Part shown: positions 19,021 through 28,703 of the stretch, piece by piece | How positions within the stretch are numbered: the first letter of the stretch is position 1 | How the letters are laid out: the number at the start of each line of letters is the position of its first letter | Virus record (IMG/VR): IMGVR_UViG_3300042308_001511 | Coordinates: 62,001-126,000 of that record | Strand: one strand, 5' to 3' | DNA: 64,000 bases | The notes under the pieces: generated by a model | The model's database searches: none | The model's input: the letters and a program-made list of their open reading frames with translations, nothing else | What the model was told of the DNA's origin: nothing | Position numbers and translations under genes: made by a program

Positions 19021-19130
19021 AGTCAGGTGGCGGAAACTCGGGAATCGCACCCGTATAAAAACGGTGGTACTGTTTCGACACAGTTGATCAGGTGAAAGGC
19101 ACCAAACAGGTTCGAATCCTGTCCTGACTA
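19021..19130 (+). tRNA. tRNA-like RNA (Leu-type framework, aberrant anticodon and variable arms)
   Basis: Acceptor AGTCAGG/CCTGACT-A, TGGCGGAA D-arm start, T-arm ACAGG-TTCGAAT-CCTGT; TATATTTG box at 18951. Confidence 0.65.
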
Positions 19131-19263
19131 CAAAAGTGATGAAAGAAGTATAATAAATTGGTGTAAGACCCGTCAACTACTGAGAGAGTAGTCATTGTAA
19201 GGGATTTGAGTATGGTTGGCACGTCATCATTTTTTTATAAAAATAGTCTAAAAGATAAATATT

Positions 19264-19413
19264 ATGTTCGACAAAAACGAGAAATCAAAAGAGCAGAAGG
19301 AACTTGATTCCTATCTTGAGTACCTGAACAGTGCTATGGCACCTTTCGAGATGAGAAAGTTGAAAGAACTAATTGATAAGACTATCAAATCCAAAGTTGA
19401 ATCGGTAAAATAA
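19264..19413 (+). CDS. small hypothetical protein (not in ORF track)
   Basis: MFDKNEKSKEQKELDSYLEYLNSAMAPFEMRKLKELIDKTIKSKVESVK. Confidence 0.5.
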   Translation: MFDKNEKSKEQKELDSYLEYLNSAMAPFEMRKLKELIDKTIKSKVESVK

Positions 19414-19423
19414 TATATAGTGA

Positions 19424-19930
19424 ATGATGAAATTCAAATCATTTACTGAGGCCAGGTTATCCGATGTACTTAATATAAAGGGTAATGGTGAGATTTCGGA
19501 TAATATTCGGAAAATGAAGGATAAACAATTTGAGTTCAATAGTAAATTGGTTAGTCTTATAACTCTTAAAAAGAGAGTGGGTGGTAAAAAGATTCAATTG
19601 AAAGTTGAATGGAATGATTCTGCAACACATGATCTGATACAAAGGGTCAGTAATCGTACATCATTTACTTCAATTGAAGAGTTTAACAATTTCTTCAAAG
19701 ATTTTGTAAATCGTATATTTCCTGATAAAGTTGGTAAAGAATTGTTTAGTGGTAAATACGCTTTTTATAGTGTTGAGTATAACATAACAATCATAATGGA
19801 GTTCAACATAGATAGATACCAAAAGGGTGATTACGCGATCCGTGTAGTTACACTTCTTCCGGGAAGAATTGCAAAAAATATTGTGGACTTTATCGATATC
19901 AATGAAAGTTTTGCTATATTTGATGTATGA
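19424..19930 (+). CDS. putative head-internal virion protein
   Basis: TAATATATA-N4-ATG; starts MMKFKSFTEA. Confidence 0.65.
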   Translation: MMKFKSFTEARLSDVLNIKGNGEISDNIRKMKDKQFEFNSKLVSLITLKKRVGGKKIQLKVEWNDSATHDLIQRVSNRTSFTSIEEFNNFFKDFVNRIFPDKVGKELFSGKYAFYSVEYNITIIMEFNIDRYQKGDYAIRVVTLLPGRIAKNIVDFIDINESFAIFDV

Positions 19931-20172
19931 ACAATAAGCAAGATATAAAACAAGACTTCGTAAAAATGTGTGGTATGATATTCGTGAACTCTAAGGGTTC
20001 TTTATCATTTCCTTTCGAATCTATCGAACACGACCCAACTTATGATTACTTAGTAGAAGGTGAGAACTACTCTGTTTTGAAATCAAAAATGTCTAGCCTT
20101 ATCGAAATGATTAATAAAGATGCGTCTATCTTAGAGAAAGATATTGAAACAGAAATCTGGGATATTTTGTAG
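19927..20172 (+). CDS. hypothetical protein
   Basis: TATATTTG-N4-ATG. Confidence 0.6.
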   Translation: MNNKQDIKQDFVKMCGMIFVNSKGSLSFPFESIEHDPTYDYLVEGENYSVLKSKMSSLIEMINKDASILEKDIETEIWDIL

Positions 20173-20202
20173 AACATTTACTACATTCAAAGATAGAATA
20201 GT

Positions 20203-21105
20203 ATGAATGTACTATCACTATTCGATGGAATGTCCTGTGGACAAATCGCACTATCCAGACTCGGTAAAAAAGTAGATAAATACTACGCCTCCGAGGTCGA
20301 TAAACAAGCAATCTCTATAACACTTAAGAACTTTCCTGATACATTACAATTAGGTAGTGTCATTGATGTAGACTCTAAGAATCTACCAAAGATTGATTTA
20401 CTTATAGGTGGAAGTCCTTGTCAATCATTCACCTTTGCCGGTAAGAGAAAGGGTATGAGTACAAAATGTAAAGTTGATATACTAACACTCGAACAATATC
20501 TCGAAATGAAAAAAAGTAATTTTGAGTTCGAAGGTGAATCATACTTATTCTGGGAATATGTCAGACTTCTTACCGAACTTAAACCAAAGTATTTTCTATT
20601 AGAAAATGTTAAGATGGAATCGAGATGGAAGACTTTAATCTCAAAGACCTTAGGTGTAGAACCTATATTCATCAATAGTAACGTATTTGGTCCACAGAAC
20701 AGGCAGAGACTTTACTGGACTAACATACCGGTTGATGAAATACCTACGTACAACGATGCTGTAATTGGTGACGTTCTCGTAGATGATTCTGAAATCATTC
20801 CAAAATTTTACCTAACTGCTAAACATCATGCTGCATTTTTGAAGAGTTATAAATGGAAACACAATCCAATTGATACCAAATCAAAACCTTTGCTAGCATC
20901 CTATCATAAACAACCACCACACTGTCCTTATGTTCCATGTAAGGATAGTGATAGTGGATTCCGTAGACTTCTTCCGATTGAGTGTGAGAGATTACAGGGT
21001 GTTTCCGATGGTTACACTGAAGGTGTAAGTGACACACAAAGATATAGAATGCTTGGAAATGGCTGGACCGTTCCAGTTATTATGCATATATTCAAAAATA
21101 TATAA
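20203..21105 (+). CDS. DNA (cytosine-5) methyltransferase
   Basis: SLFDG, GGSPCQ, LENV, QNRQRLYW, ERLQ, GNGW motifs. Confidence 0.93.
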   Translation: MNVLSLFDGMSCGQIALSRLGKKVDKYYASEVDKQAISITLKNFPDTLQLGSVIDVDSKNLPKIDLLIGGSPCQSFTFAGKRKGMSTKCKVDILTLEQYLEMKKSNFEFEGESYLFWEYVRLLTELKPKYFLLENVKMESRWKTLISKTLGVEPIFINSNVFGPQNRQRLYWTNIPVDEIPTYNDAVIGDVLVDDSEIIPKFYLTAKHHAAFLKSYKWKHNPIDTKSKPLLASYHKQPPHCPYVPCKDSDSGFRRLLPIECERLQGVSDGYTEGVSDTQRYRMLGNGWTVPVIMHIFKNI

Positions 21106-21133
21106 AAAAGAGGGTTTATAAACCCTCTTTTTT
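21104..21133. terminator. intrinsic terminator
   Basis: AAAAAGAGGGTTT-at-AAACCCTCTTTTT. Confidence 0.75.
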
Positions 21134-21215
21134 CATTTCATTCGTTGTGTAGTTCATTTACTTATTTAACTGACAAAATATTTTATATATAGTAAAAAAA
21201 CTGACAAAATTTCAG

Positions 21216-21401
21216 TTGAGAGTTTTTAAGAGAAAAGTTGATGGAATGCTTTACGTTATACACGTAATAGAAAAAGACGGTGTAAACTTATACACCGCCG
21301 TTCCTTATAGACATTCATCTTGTGCAGTGAAAGGTGTTTCTTTAGAAGATTTTACAATTCACTCATCAGTTCCAGGTGCCCCGAATATGGGCTTTATATG
21401 A
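21216..21401 (+). CDS. hypothetical protein
   Basis: TTG-start 61 aa ORF after TTTTATATATA. Confidence 0.45.
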   Translation: MRVFKRKVDGMLYVIHVIEKDGVNLYTAVPYRHSSCAVKGVSLEDFTIHSSVPGAPNMGFI

Positions 21402-21402
21402 T

Positions 21403-22059
21403 TTATACGTATATTTTTATTGATGCTTCTATAGATGCTGCTACATCTCTCTCACAATATTCTTTAATGTTCTCGAGATCACCTCTGTAATATGCATCGT
21501 GTACTTGAGAACCATCGAAACTTTCTTTGGGTGAGTCTACACCAAGCTCGTAACACATTTCGTCAAAACTATAAGAGTATGCGAACTTCTGTTTCCAATC
21601 GTCTGCCATATCCACAATTCTCATATCCCATGGTTTTTTATCATAAGGATCAATAATTGCTGCTGGCTTTATTCCGTATTTGTGTAATTTATGAAGTACC
21701 CAAGGAATGTCGAAATGGTTAATTCTGAAACCAGATATTTTAAAACTCTTCTTCTCAATCTTCTTAAGTAACTCGTTGAAATCATTCACAATTTCCTTCT
21801 CATCTGTTCCGTAGAAGCTCTTTATCAATTTATTTCCATCTTCACCTAAATATCCACATGATATACAACAGATTCTACCATAGGTTGAAATTATACCACA
21901 TTGGTCACTATAAGAGTCTTCAAGTGAGAATTTTTTATCCCAACCCATACGTGTCCATTTACCCTCAAAGAGTTTAGCACCCCTTTCGTCATTGTTTTTG
22001 AATTCATTGTAGTCGCGATACTGACCAGCCGTTTCGATATCAAAGTGAAAAAGTTCCAT
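21403..22059 (-). CDS. PolB-type 3'-5' exonuclease (DEDDy), standalone
   Basis: FDIET (ExoI), FDIP (ExoII), YCERDV (ExoIII). Confidence 0.88.
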   Translation of the reverse strand: MELFHFDIETAGQYRDYNEFKNNDERGAKLFEGKWTRMGWDKKFSLEDSYSDQCGIISTYGRICCISCGYLGEDGNKLIKSFYGTDEKEIVNDFNELLKKIEKKSFKISGFRINHFDIPWVLHKLHKYGIKPAAIIDPYDKKPWDMRIVDMADDWKQKFAYSYSFDEMCYELGVDSPKESFDGSQVHDAYYRGDLENIKEYCERDVAASIEASIKIYV

Positions 22060-22110
22060 ATAAAATTTTTATTTTTCTATAAGGAATTTAGACGTTAGTT
22101 GAATAATAAT

Positions 22111-22142
22111 AAAAAAAGAGGCATTTAGCCTCTTTTTTTTTT
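22111..22142. terminator. intrinsic terminator
   Basis: A7-GAGGC-attta-GCCTC-T run. Confidence 0.8.
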
Positions 22143-22704
22143 AGTCTCTATCGTAATTTTCTGGGAGTGGTTGATCTTCGTTTTTCAAAACGTGTTCTAC
22201 CACCTGATCAATCAATATGTCATACACGGACTCGTTTCCATTTCCGGTCATAATTATGTTTCTTACTGCATCGACTGTACGTCTAGCCTCAGGTACGTTT
22301 TCTTCGATTATGTCTAAGAACTTTGCGTAGAACTCGCTAACCTCTGCGTCATCCTCGATTTTACCCTCACCCCAGCACTCAGGACATTCCTCGTATCCAG
22401 CGTCTTCCTCGTCGTCGTAAGATTGTGCTTCGACTTCACCACTACCACTACAATGACTACAATGGTCATAGTTATCTGACTTTGCGTTGAAGTTTCCGTT
22501 GTTAAAATTCTCGTGGTACAACCTTGATACTGCACGAATAAGTTCACCGTTAAGTGTCTCGGATGATCCACTATCACCCACTAACTCTGCGTAGAGTTTG
22601 TCGTATTCCTCTTGATGTTTTCCTACACCATTCCAATATAGGTGTTTGCTTTCTACCGACTCATTAGTTAGTTTGAAGTCGTTGAATTTCTTAAGTTTAC
22701 TCAT
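22141..22704 (-). CDS. putative virion protein with DnaJ-type zinc finger
   Basis: Starts MSKLKKFNDFKLTNES; CSHCSGSG and CPECWGEG. Confidence 0.65.
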   Translation of the reverse strand: MSKLKKFNDFKLTNESVESKHLYWNGVGKHQEEYDKLYAELVGDSGSSETLNGELIRAVSRLYHENFNNGNFNAKSDNYDHCSHCSGSGEVEAQSYDDEEDAGYEECPECWGEGKIEDDAEVSEFYAKFLDIIEENVPEARRTVDAVRNIIMTGNGNESVYDILIDQVVEHVLKNEDQPLPENYDRD

Positions 22705-22750
22705 CTTATTTTTTGTAAGTTTTATGTATATATTACAATCTAAAACTCGT

Positions 22751-22912
22751 TTAGTAATCCTCTTTACTGAATATCCAAATAAGTATATAAATGAGTGTTC
22801 CACCGAACATAAAGAATCCTATACGCCAGAATATTGCATCTATACCAGTGTACTCACCTAAGCCGGCACAAACACCACCGATGTATCCTTTTTTTCTTAC
22901 GAATCTTTTCAT
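22751..22912 (-). CDS. pspC: PspC-domain membrane protein (not in ORF track)
   Basis: MKRFVRKKGYIGGVCAGLGEYTGIDAIFWRIGFFMFGGTLIYILIWIFSKEDY matches the PspC signature GGVCxGLxxY. Confidence 0.85.
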   Translation of the reverse strand: MKRFVRKKGYIGGVCAGLGEYTGIDAIFWRIGFFMFGGTLIYILIWIFSKEDY

Positions 22913-23027
22913 AATAACTCTTTTTTTATGCTAATATAAGTATTAATGCAACATCATGATATACTATTATAATTATCGTGCGTTTTTTTTATTTTATATA
23001 TACCTGTGGTAAAATATTTACAATTTT

Positions 23028-25280
23028 ATGATAAATGTGGATTACAATAACGGGACTATAGTTGTCTCAGACTCTTTTGATTTGTTAGCGGCAACAGGTT
23101 CAGTTTCTGCCGCACCTGCTTTCAATTCTATCGGCGCTGAGTATGTTCTCACTTTTTCGAATATAACAGGTTTCGCTTGTTTCAACAAATTTTTTTATGA
23201 TACATTAGGTCTTACATCTAACCGTTATTTAGAGACACATTATAGGGTTTCACGAGATGGTAATGCATATAGTGAATGGTTTCCACTTTCGGCAAACGTA
23301 AAAGACTTTCCATCATTGGATACACTTCACCTTCAAATTAGGTGGAGACGTGCTGGTGTATCTACTATAGGCTCCATAAGACTATTAGAATATAGTATAT
23401 CAGGAGAAGTTGAACGAAAAGTGATAGAGGATGATGGTGTTGCATATGTTCTTCCTGGTGAATCTGTTATTGTGAAAGCACCTTATATCTATAAAGTATT
23501 CAAACTTACCGGACATGAAGTAATTGCGGGTGGTGTATTAGAGGACGCTACACTTAAGTGGAGGTATTCTCAAGACAATAGTCGTACTTGGTCAAAATGG
23601 GAACCACTAACAGATCCAAATGTATCTACTGCTAAAATAAATCCAATAAGATTTTTTCAAGTTGAGTTTTTGGTAGAGAATGGTGGAAACTCACCACTTT
23701 CTGTAAGGGATATAAACCTTTTGGGTGATTTCCAAAATGTAAGTAAAGACTATTTTAAAAGTAACCTTATGGGTATAAGGGATAATTGTATGAGTAATAT
23801 GGTCAATGCTGGATATTATGATCAATCTGGAAACTTTGTACCTTATGCAAATCCATCTGGTGTACAAGGTAATGTATCTACCGGATTATCTGGTGATAAT
23901 TGTCAAACTGATCAACATGGTTCTACACTTCCGGCGATGAGTAATGAGAATAAAGCAGGTCTTTATAATCCATATCAACAGAATGCGGCGATGTCTCTTC
24001 TTAATAAACTAAGTACAGATGCTGCAGAGGTTTTTGGCCATCGAGTTATTTACTTTGCAACTGATCCTGATAGGAAAGGTACTGATATGACTATGCATGA
24101 ATATCAACTTTATAACGTTTCGTGTGAGGGTGAACTTAAAATTTCGGTTGAGGGAAATAATTTTCCTGATAGTCAGATTGTTATGAATCAATTTGACTTG
24201 AATCTTTTTTCAACTATGGAAGTTCACATAACCAAAAAAATGTTCAAAGAAGTTTTTGGTCCACAACGTAGACCATCAAAAGAGGACTTTATTTACTTTT
24301 GTCAGTTGAATCGTATGTATTCGGTTGATCATGCACAACAATTTAGGAATTTCAATAATTCTGCGGTTTCTTATAAACTAATACTCAAAAAGTACAACAA
24401 AGCGGCAAACTTCGATATTCAAGATTCGGATATAAGAGACAAAATAAAACAGCTCACAAAAAATTCTACTTTGGACGAGCTTATGGGTATAGAGAAGGCA
24501 GAAGACAAAGTATCTATTGCAAACAAACAACAATTTGCACCATTAACTAGAGATCCTATAAGACACAATATTGTAGCTAAGATAAAAAGAGAGTTAATTG
24601 AGAATTCTTCTACTATAATATCTAAGTCACATTATGACTTATCTACTGTAGAGTTAGGTGAGACGGCAGTTTCTTATAATAATGTTAATCCTTACTTTAG
24701 GGAGACTGACAATTTAGGTTATATGATTTGGTTCAATATAAACAATTATGTTTTTGACGATGTATATTACTTCTTTAGTTATTACGACCAGGCAAATTCA
24801 TTAGGTTGGCAGGTTAGAATGTCTAATGACAGAGTTTCCGTAGTTCTAAATGGTGTTGAATATGATTGGGATTTACTCGGTGTACAGACAAACGACGCGA
24901 CGGCATTAGACGAAGAGGTATGGTATTGTTATGTACTGAATTTGGATCAAAGACAGCGGACTATGTCACAATGGATTTATAAACGTGATGTTGATGACGA
25001 GTCTAAGGCAGGTATGATTAATAGTACTATACTTAGAAAGGTTTATTCGGATTCACGTGATATGGTTCCATTTGAAGCTTTGGTAGAGGGTGCAGATTGT
25101 TTAGTTATTGCATCTGATATGAGGGCTACTAATATCAGATTGTTTAACGATGTAATACCTGAAGATTATCACGACAAACTACTAAATCAAATGATAGTTG
25201 GTAATGATTCGAGACATCTCGTTTTTGCAGATAATGCTAATATGAGAATAGATCTTCCTAGGTATCCACTTAATGAGTAA
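23028..25280 (+). CDS. large virion structural protein with T4 gp14-like neck/head-closure domain
   Basis: Central GHRVIYF...F...PSKEDFIYF...MYSV resembles gp14; late-type promoter upstream. Confidence 0.55.
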   Translation: MINVDYNNGTIVVSDSFDLLAATGSVSAAPAFNSIGAEYVLTFSNITGFACFNKFFYDTLGLTSNRYLETHYRVSRDGNAYSEWFPLSANVKDFPSLDTLHLQIRWRRAGVSTIGSIRLLEYSISGEVERKVIEDDGVAYVLPGESVIVKAPYIYKVFKLTGHEVIAGGVLEDATLKWRYSQDNSRTWSKWEPLTDPNVSTAKINPIRFFQVEFLVENGGNSPLSVRDINLLGDFQNVSKDYFKSNLMGIRDNCMSNMVNAGYYDQSGNFVPYANPSGVQGNVSTGLSGDNCQTDQHGSTLPAMSNENKAGLYNPYQQNAAMSLLNKLSTDAAEVFGHRVIYFATDPDRKGTDMTMHEYQLYNVSCEGELKISVEGNNFPDSQIVMNQFDLNLFSTMEVHITKKMFKEVFGPQRRPSKEDFIYFCQLNRMYSVDHAQQFRNFNNSAVSYKLILKKYNKAANFDIQDSDIRDKIKQLTKNSTLDELMGIEKAEDKVSIANKQQFAPLTRDPIRHNIVAKIKRELIENSSTIISKSHYDLSTVELGETAVSYNNVNPYFRETDNLGYMIWFNINNYVFDDVYYFFSYYDQANSLGWQVRMSNDRVSVVLNGVEYDWDLLGVQTNDATALDEEVWYCYVLNLDQRQRTMSQWIYKRDVDDESKAGMINSTILRKVYSDSRDMVPFEALVEGADCLVIASDMRATNIRLFNDVIPEDYHDKLLNQMIVGNDSRHLVFADNANMRIDLPRYPLNE

Positions 25281-25283
25281 AAA

Positions 25284-26114
25284 TTATACTGCTATTTCTA
25301 ACTTTTCTGAAAGTTTTTTAATTCCTTCAGTTCCTGTTATTGAAAAGTCATCGATGGTATAATCGTAGAAGTTTTTCATACCTAACAATTCTATCTTTGG
25401 GTAAGAATTTATCGATTCTCTTTCCATAATCTCTTTCACTGCATCGAAGTGTCTATCGTAGATATGTAGGTTCTGAACCATATGACAAAACTTACCAACT
25501 TTGAAACCACAATGAGTCGCAACCATCATCTGTAATGCAACATATTGTATTTTGTTGATGTAACCCGCCATAACGTAATCATTCGATCTTTGATCAAGTG
25601 TCATATCTAAGTAGAGCTCACCATCCTTTCTCCTAACCGAATACTTAGTCATAAATGCACAAGGGTGAAGTCCGGGTGTCTCCTTTAAGTCAGCATACTG
25701 ATACATATCGATTATGTGTCTTCTACCGAATGGGTCATTAATAAGACCATTCAATAAATCGTCCATAAGTCCATATCTTCTTATTGTGGCACCATATCTT
25801 TGACCAATTGTACCATCACCAATATCCCATTCGTCCCACCAGTTTATACCCATATCGTGTGCATCTGATAGTGAGTTTGATTGTTTTTGGTATATCCAAA
25901 GGATTTCTTTTATACCAGTTTTGATTGCAGTATTCCTGAGAGTTGTTATAGGAAACTCACCATTTTCTAAGTCGTATTCTTCGAACACACCAGTTATAAA
26001 TTTAGTATATGCTGGTGTTCCATCCTTCCAACTCGGGCGTGGCTTCTCATCCCAAGATCCTTCTTTTAAAATTTTATTGATGTTATCTTTGTAGTATTTG
26101 TCTGCCTTCATCAT
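25284..26114 (-). CDS. thyA: thymidylate synthase
   Basis: GRRHII, LHPC, QRSND, conserved Asn, HIYDRH. Confidence 0.95.
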   Translation of the reverse strand: MMKADKYYKDNINKILKEGSWDEKPRPSWKDGTPAYTKFITGVFEEYDLENGEFPITTLRNTAIKTGIKEILWIYQKQSNSLSDAHDMGINWWDEWDIGDGTIGQRYGATIRRYGLMDDLLNGLINDPFGRRHIIDMYQYADLKETPGLHPCAFMTKYSVRRKDGELYLDMTLDQRSNDYVMAGYINKIQYVALQMMVATHCGFKVGKFCHMVQNLHIYDRHFDAVKEIMERESINSYPKIELLGMKNFYDYTIDDFSITGTEGIKKLSEKLEIAV

Positions 26115-26302
26115 TTCTGTGTGTTGTTGTTTTGATTTTGACCGAGTGCTCTTTTCTTTTGTTGCCAAGCTTCCAGGTCTCTTTCCATAAATCTACGTAT
26201 ACGTTTGGATATGTTTATAGAGTTCTCCTCACAGAAAAGTCTGTATTCATCGAGCAGTTTGCTCGGTAGTCTAAGTGTGAACATTTTGTCTTTAGCTGGC
26301 AT
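26111..26302 (-). CDS. ribbon-helix-helix DNA-binding protein
   Basis: KMFTLRLPSKLLDEYRLFCEENSINISKRIRRFM strand-helix-helix pattern. Confidence 0.7.
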   Translation of the reverse strand: MPAKDKMFTLRLPSKLLDEYRLFCEENSINISKRIRRFMERDLEAWQQKKRALGQNQNNNTQK

Positions 26303-26346
26303 TTGTATTCCTTTTATATGTATATACATTTGCGACAAATAGGTTT

Positions 26347-26682
26347 TCAATCAACCTTCTTTTCGACGTAGGTAACGCTTTCACCTGAATCGAAACCTTT
26401 TTCCAATAATAGAGGAAGAGATGTTTCTTTACACCATGCATATACGGTCCAACCTTTATAGTTATCTTTCACATATTCCCACCTAGTCTCCCAAAGTGCA
26501 CGGTAAAGACCTTTCCTTCGGTGGTTCTCTTCGACCCAGGCATCTAAGAATTTTATCTTTTGATTAGGTTCTATTGACATAAATATGTGACCGATGGCCT
26601 CATTACTTGTTTTGTCGTATGCAATCCACATCTCTACATTCTGTGCATTGGGTTTTATGTGTACTATTTTGGTATTTTTCAT
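26347..26682 (-). CDS. GNAT acetyltransferase
   Basis: WVEENHRRKGLYRAL and LLEKGF motifs. Confidence 0.8.
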   Translation of the reverse strand: MKNTKIVHIKPNAQNVEMWIAYDKTSNEAIGHIFMSIEPNQKIKFLDAWVEENHRRKGLYRALWETRWEYVKDNYKGWTVYAWCKETSLPLLLEKGFDSGESVTYVEKKVD

Positions 26683-28218
26683 TTATACGTATTTTCTAAT
26701 CATTGTGTTGTAGTTGGAAATAACTTCTGATTCTGTTAGTGATTTTTCATAAACAACAACGGATCCAATTATTCCCTGAAAGAACGCTCCCCACTCAACA
26801 CCTAATGTTGCGTACTTCCTTCCACCTAATGCGGCGTAGTCCACGTTAAGGTTCGGCGTTGCGTGTCCTGTACTTCCTGCCACGGTACTCTGCAAAACAC
26901 CGTTCAAATAAATGTTATAAGAGGATCCCTGCCAAACCATTGTTAGATTCTGCCATACTGCCTGTAATACCAAAGGTGATACAACGGAAGTGAACTTACC
27001 AGACCCCCAGATTGATATGACCTCATTTGTAACATTTGATGTCGTATCGCCGAGGAATATCACAAACGGTTGTGTAATTGCAGGCGATCCGAACTGCACG
27101 AGTGTCTGTCCAGGTGTCGTTGAGCTTATTTGTGTACTCGGCTTAAACCAGGCACTTACTGAGAAGACAGAAAATGTTGAGGATAAAGTACCTCCTATGA
27201 CCTCACTTTCAATTCCTGAAAAAACAAGTCCTCTTTCGTTTTTATCAAAATTTGTCGTACTGAATGGATATATTACGTTCATTTTCGAAGACATATCTTT
27301 AACCGGTTCTGGTCCAATCAAAAGATCTTGTATACTCGGTTCCAATCCGTCAACCAAATCTATCCTTGGGTAGATGAATGATTGAGTTGCTGTATCTGTT
27401 GAATAAAAGTGATATGCATTTAGTTGTGAAGTAACCGTTGAGTAGTTCCAAATAAAGTCTGTAAATCCTGAATTATTTAATATGGTTGATCCTATTAGGT
27501 TTCCTACCTTTCCGGAGTTTGTTGTCCAAACACCGGAATCTGGATGAGCGTAGTTTCTTGCCAAAGAACCGATTGCACTACCTGGTGTAATAACACCATA
27601 TGTACTTCCGACCGGCCAGACGTGTCCGACTGCTAATGTCCAAATATTAATACCTCCTAACCATGGTGGAGAAACATCTAATGTTGTACTTGGATTATTA
27701 TTTGGTGTATAGTGAAAATATGAATAGTAACTACTTGTGAGACCAAGTGTAGGAGATGAGTTCTTACTTGGTGCAAATTGTCTTGTCGATATATCATACA
27801 TATTTACTCCAAAATATAAAGATCCAGATGTAGTTAGACCTGTTGACATTGCATCTCTTTTTGTCCAAACTGAGAAACGGTACAATTTATTTTTATCAAT
27901 AGCGGCATTGCCGGTAAGAAATCCACCATCTGGATTAGAAAATTCTCCGACATAATCATCTTGTGATGATGATTTCCATACAACTGATTTGGCGTATCCA
28001 AATGGATTACTTTGTTCTACCCTTATATTCTCATTCGTAGTCGAACTCATATTAAAATTAGTAACACCATACTTTGTAGTATCTGATGCTATGTGTCCTG
28101 TACCTGTTGTCCAGGAAGAGTAATTAATTAGGTTTGGTGCAAAACATTTACGGTTGGCGAAGTCCACATGGAACACAATTGAATCTGAAACTATTTTACT
28201 TCCTATTTTTATTGACAT
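26683..28218 (-). CDS. LamG/concanavalin-A-like virion appendage protein
   Basis: FSVSAWF, WQNL, IYLNG, VYEKSLTESEV..NY LamG pattern; late-type promoter. Confidence 0.75.
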   Translation of the reverse strand: MSIKIGSKIVSDSIVFHVDFANRKCFAPNLINYSSWTTGTGHIASDTTKYGVTNFNMSSTTNENIRVEQSNPFGYAKSVVWKSSSQDDYVGEFSNPDGGFLTGNAAIDKNKLYRFSVWTKRDAMSTGLTTSGSLYFGVNMYDISTRQFAPSKNSSPTLGLTSSYYSYFHYTPNNNPSTTLDVSPPWLGGINIWTLAVGHVWPVGSTYGVITPGSAIGSLARNYAHPDSGVWTTNSGKVGNLIGSTILNNSGFTDFIWNYSTVTSQLNAYHFYSTDTATQSFIYPRIDLVDGLEPSIQDLLIGPEPVKDMSSKMNVIYPFSTTNFDKNERGLVFSGIESEVIGGTLSSTFSVFSVSAWFKPSTQISSTTPGQTLVQFGSPAITQPFVIFLGDTTSNVTNEVISIWGSGKFTSVVSPLVLQAVWQNLTMVWQGSSYNIYLNGVLQSTVAGSTGHATPNLNVDYAALGGRKYATLGVEWGAFFQGIIGSVVVYEKSLTESEVISNYNTMIRKYV

Positions 28219-28298
28219 ACACTATATATAAAAACCAAATCTTTATAAAGAAAATAACAATATTATTGTTAATTTAGCTATCTTAGCAAAAATAGATA

Positions 28299-28685
28299 GT
28301 GATGACGATAGACTTCGGTACTGCGATATTATGTGATGGTGACTTCACCAGAAGTGATAACTACTCAGACCTTATAGAGAACTCTGATCATATAACATTA
28401 GATGAATCTTGGATGAACTTTACGGTCGAAGGACTTGAAGATGGTCTATTAGTTGAGTTTACACAGGATTTTGAGGGTTATTGGACACATTGTCCTGGTG
28501 ACTATTGGACACCACCTGATAGCGATTTTGAATTAATAAAAGATGAATTATTCATAAATCGTGTTCTTTTAGACGATATAGAGGTGGAAATGACAACTGA
28601 GTTAGAAAGACTTATAATGATACTTGTTATAAATGAGATAGAAAACTCCAATCGTAGAAATTCAAAAATTTATATACGAGTTTGA
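28299..28685 (+). CDS. hypothetical protein
   Basis: PGDYWTPP; TATCTTAG box upstream. Confidence 0.6.
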   Translation: MMTIDFGTAILCDGDFTRSDNYSDLIENSDHITLDESWMNFTVEGLEDGLLVEFTQDFEGYWTHCPGDYWTPPDSDFELIKDELFINRVLLDDIEVEMTTELERLIMILVINEIENSNRRNSKIYIRV

Positions 28686-28703
28686 TCAGTTAATATATAA
28701 CTT

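Noticed and set aside
18910-19176. 88-aa minus-strand ORF
   Set aside because: Antisense shadow of the tRNA-like RNA (VVRTGFEPV is the reversed T arm)
25284-26114. ThyA as a dCMP hydroxymethylase feeding glycosylated DNA
   Set aside because: It retains the Asn after QRSND (GYINKIQY) typical of dUMP specificity; no other hypermodification genes were recognised here
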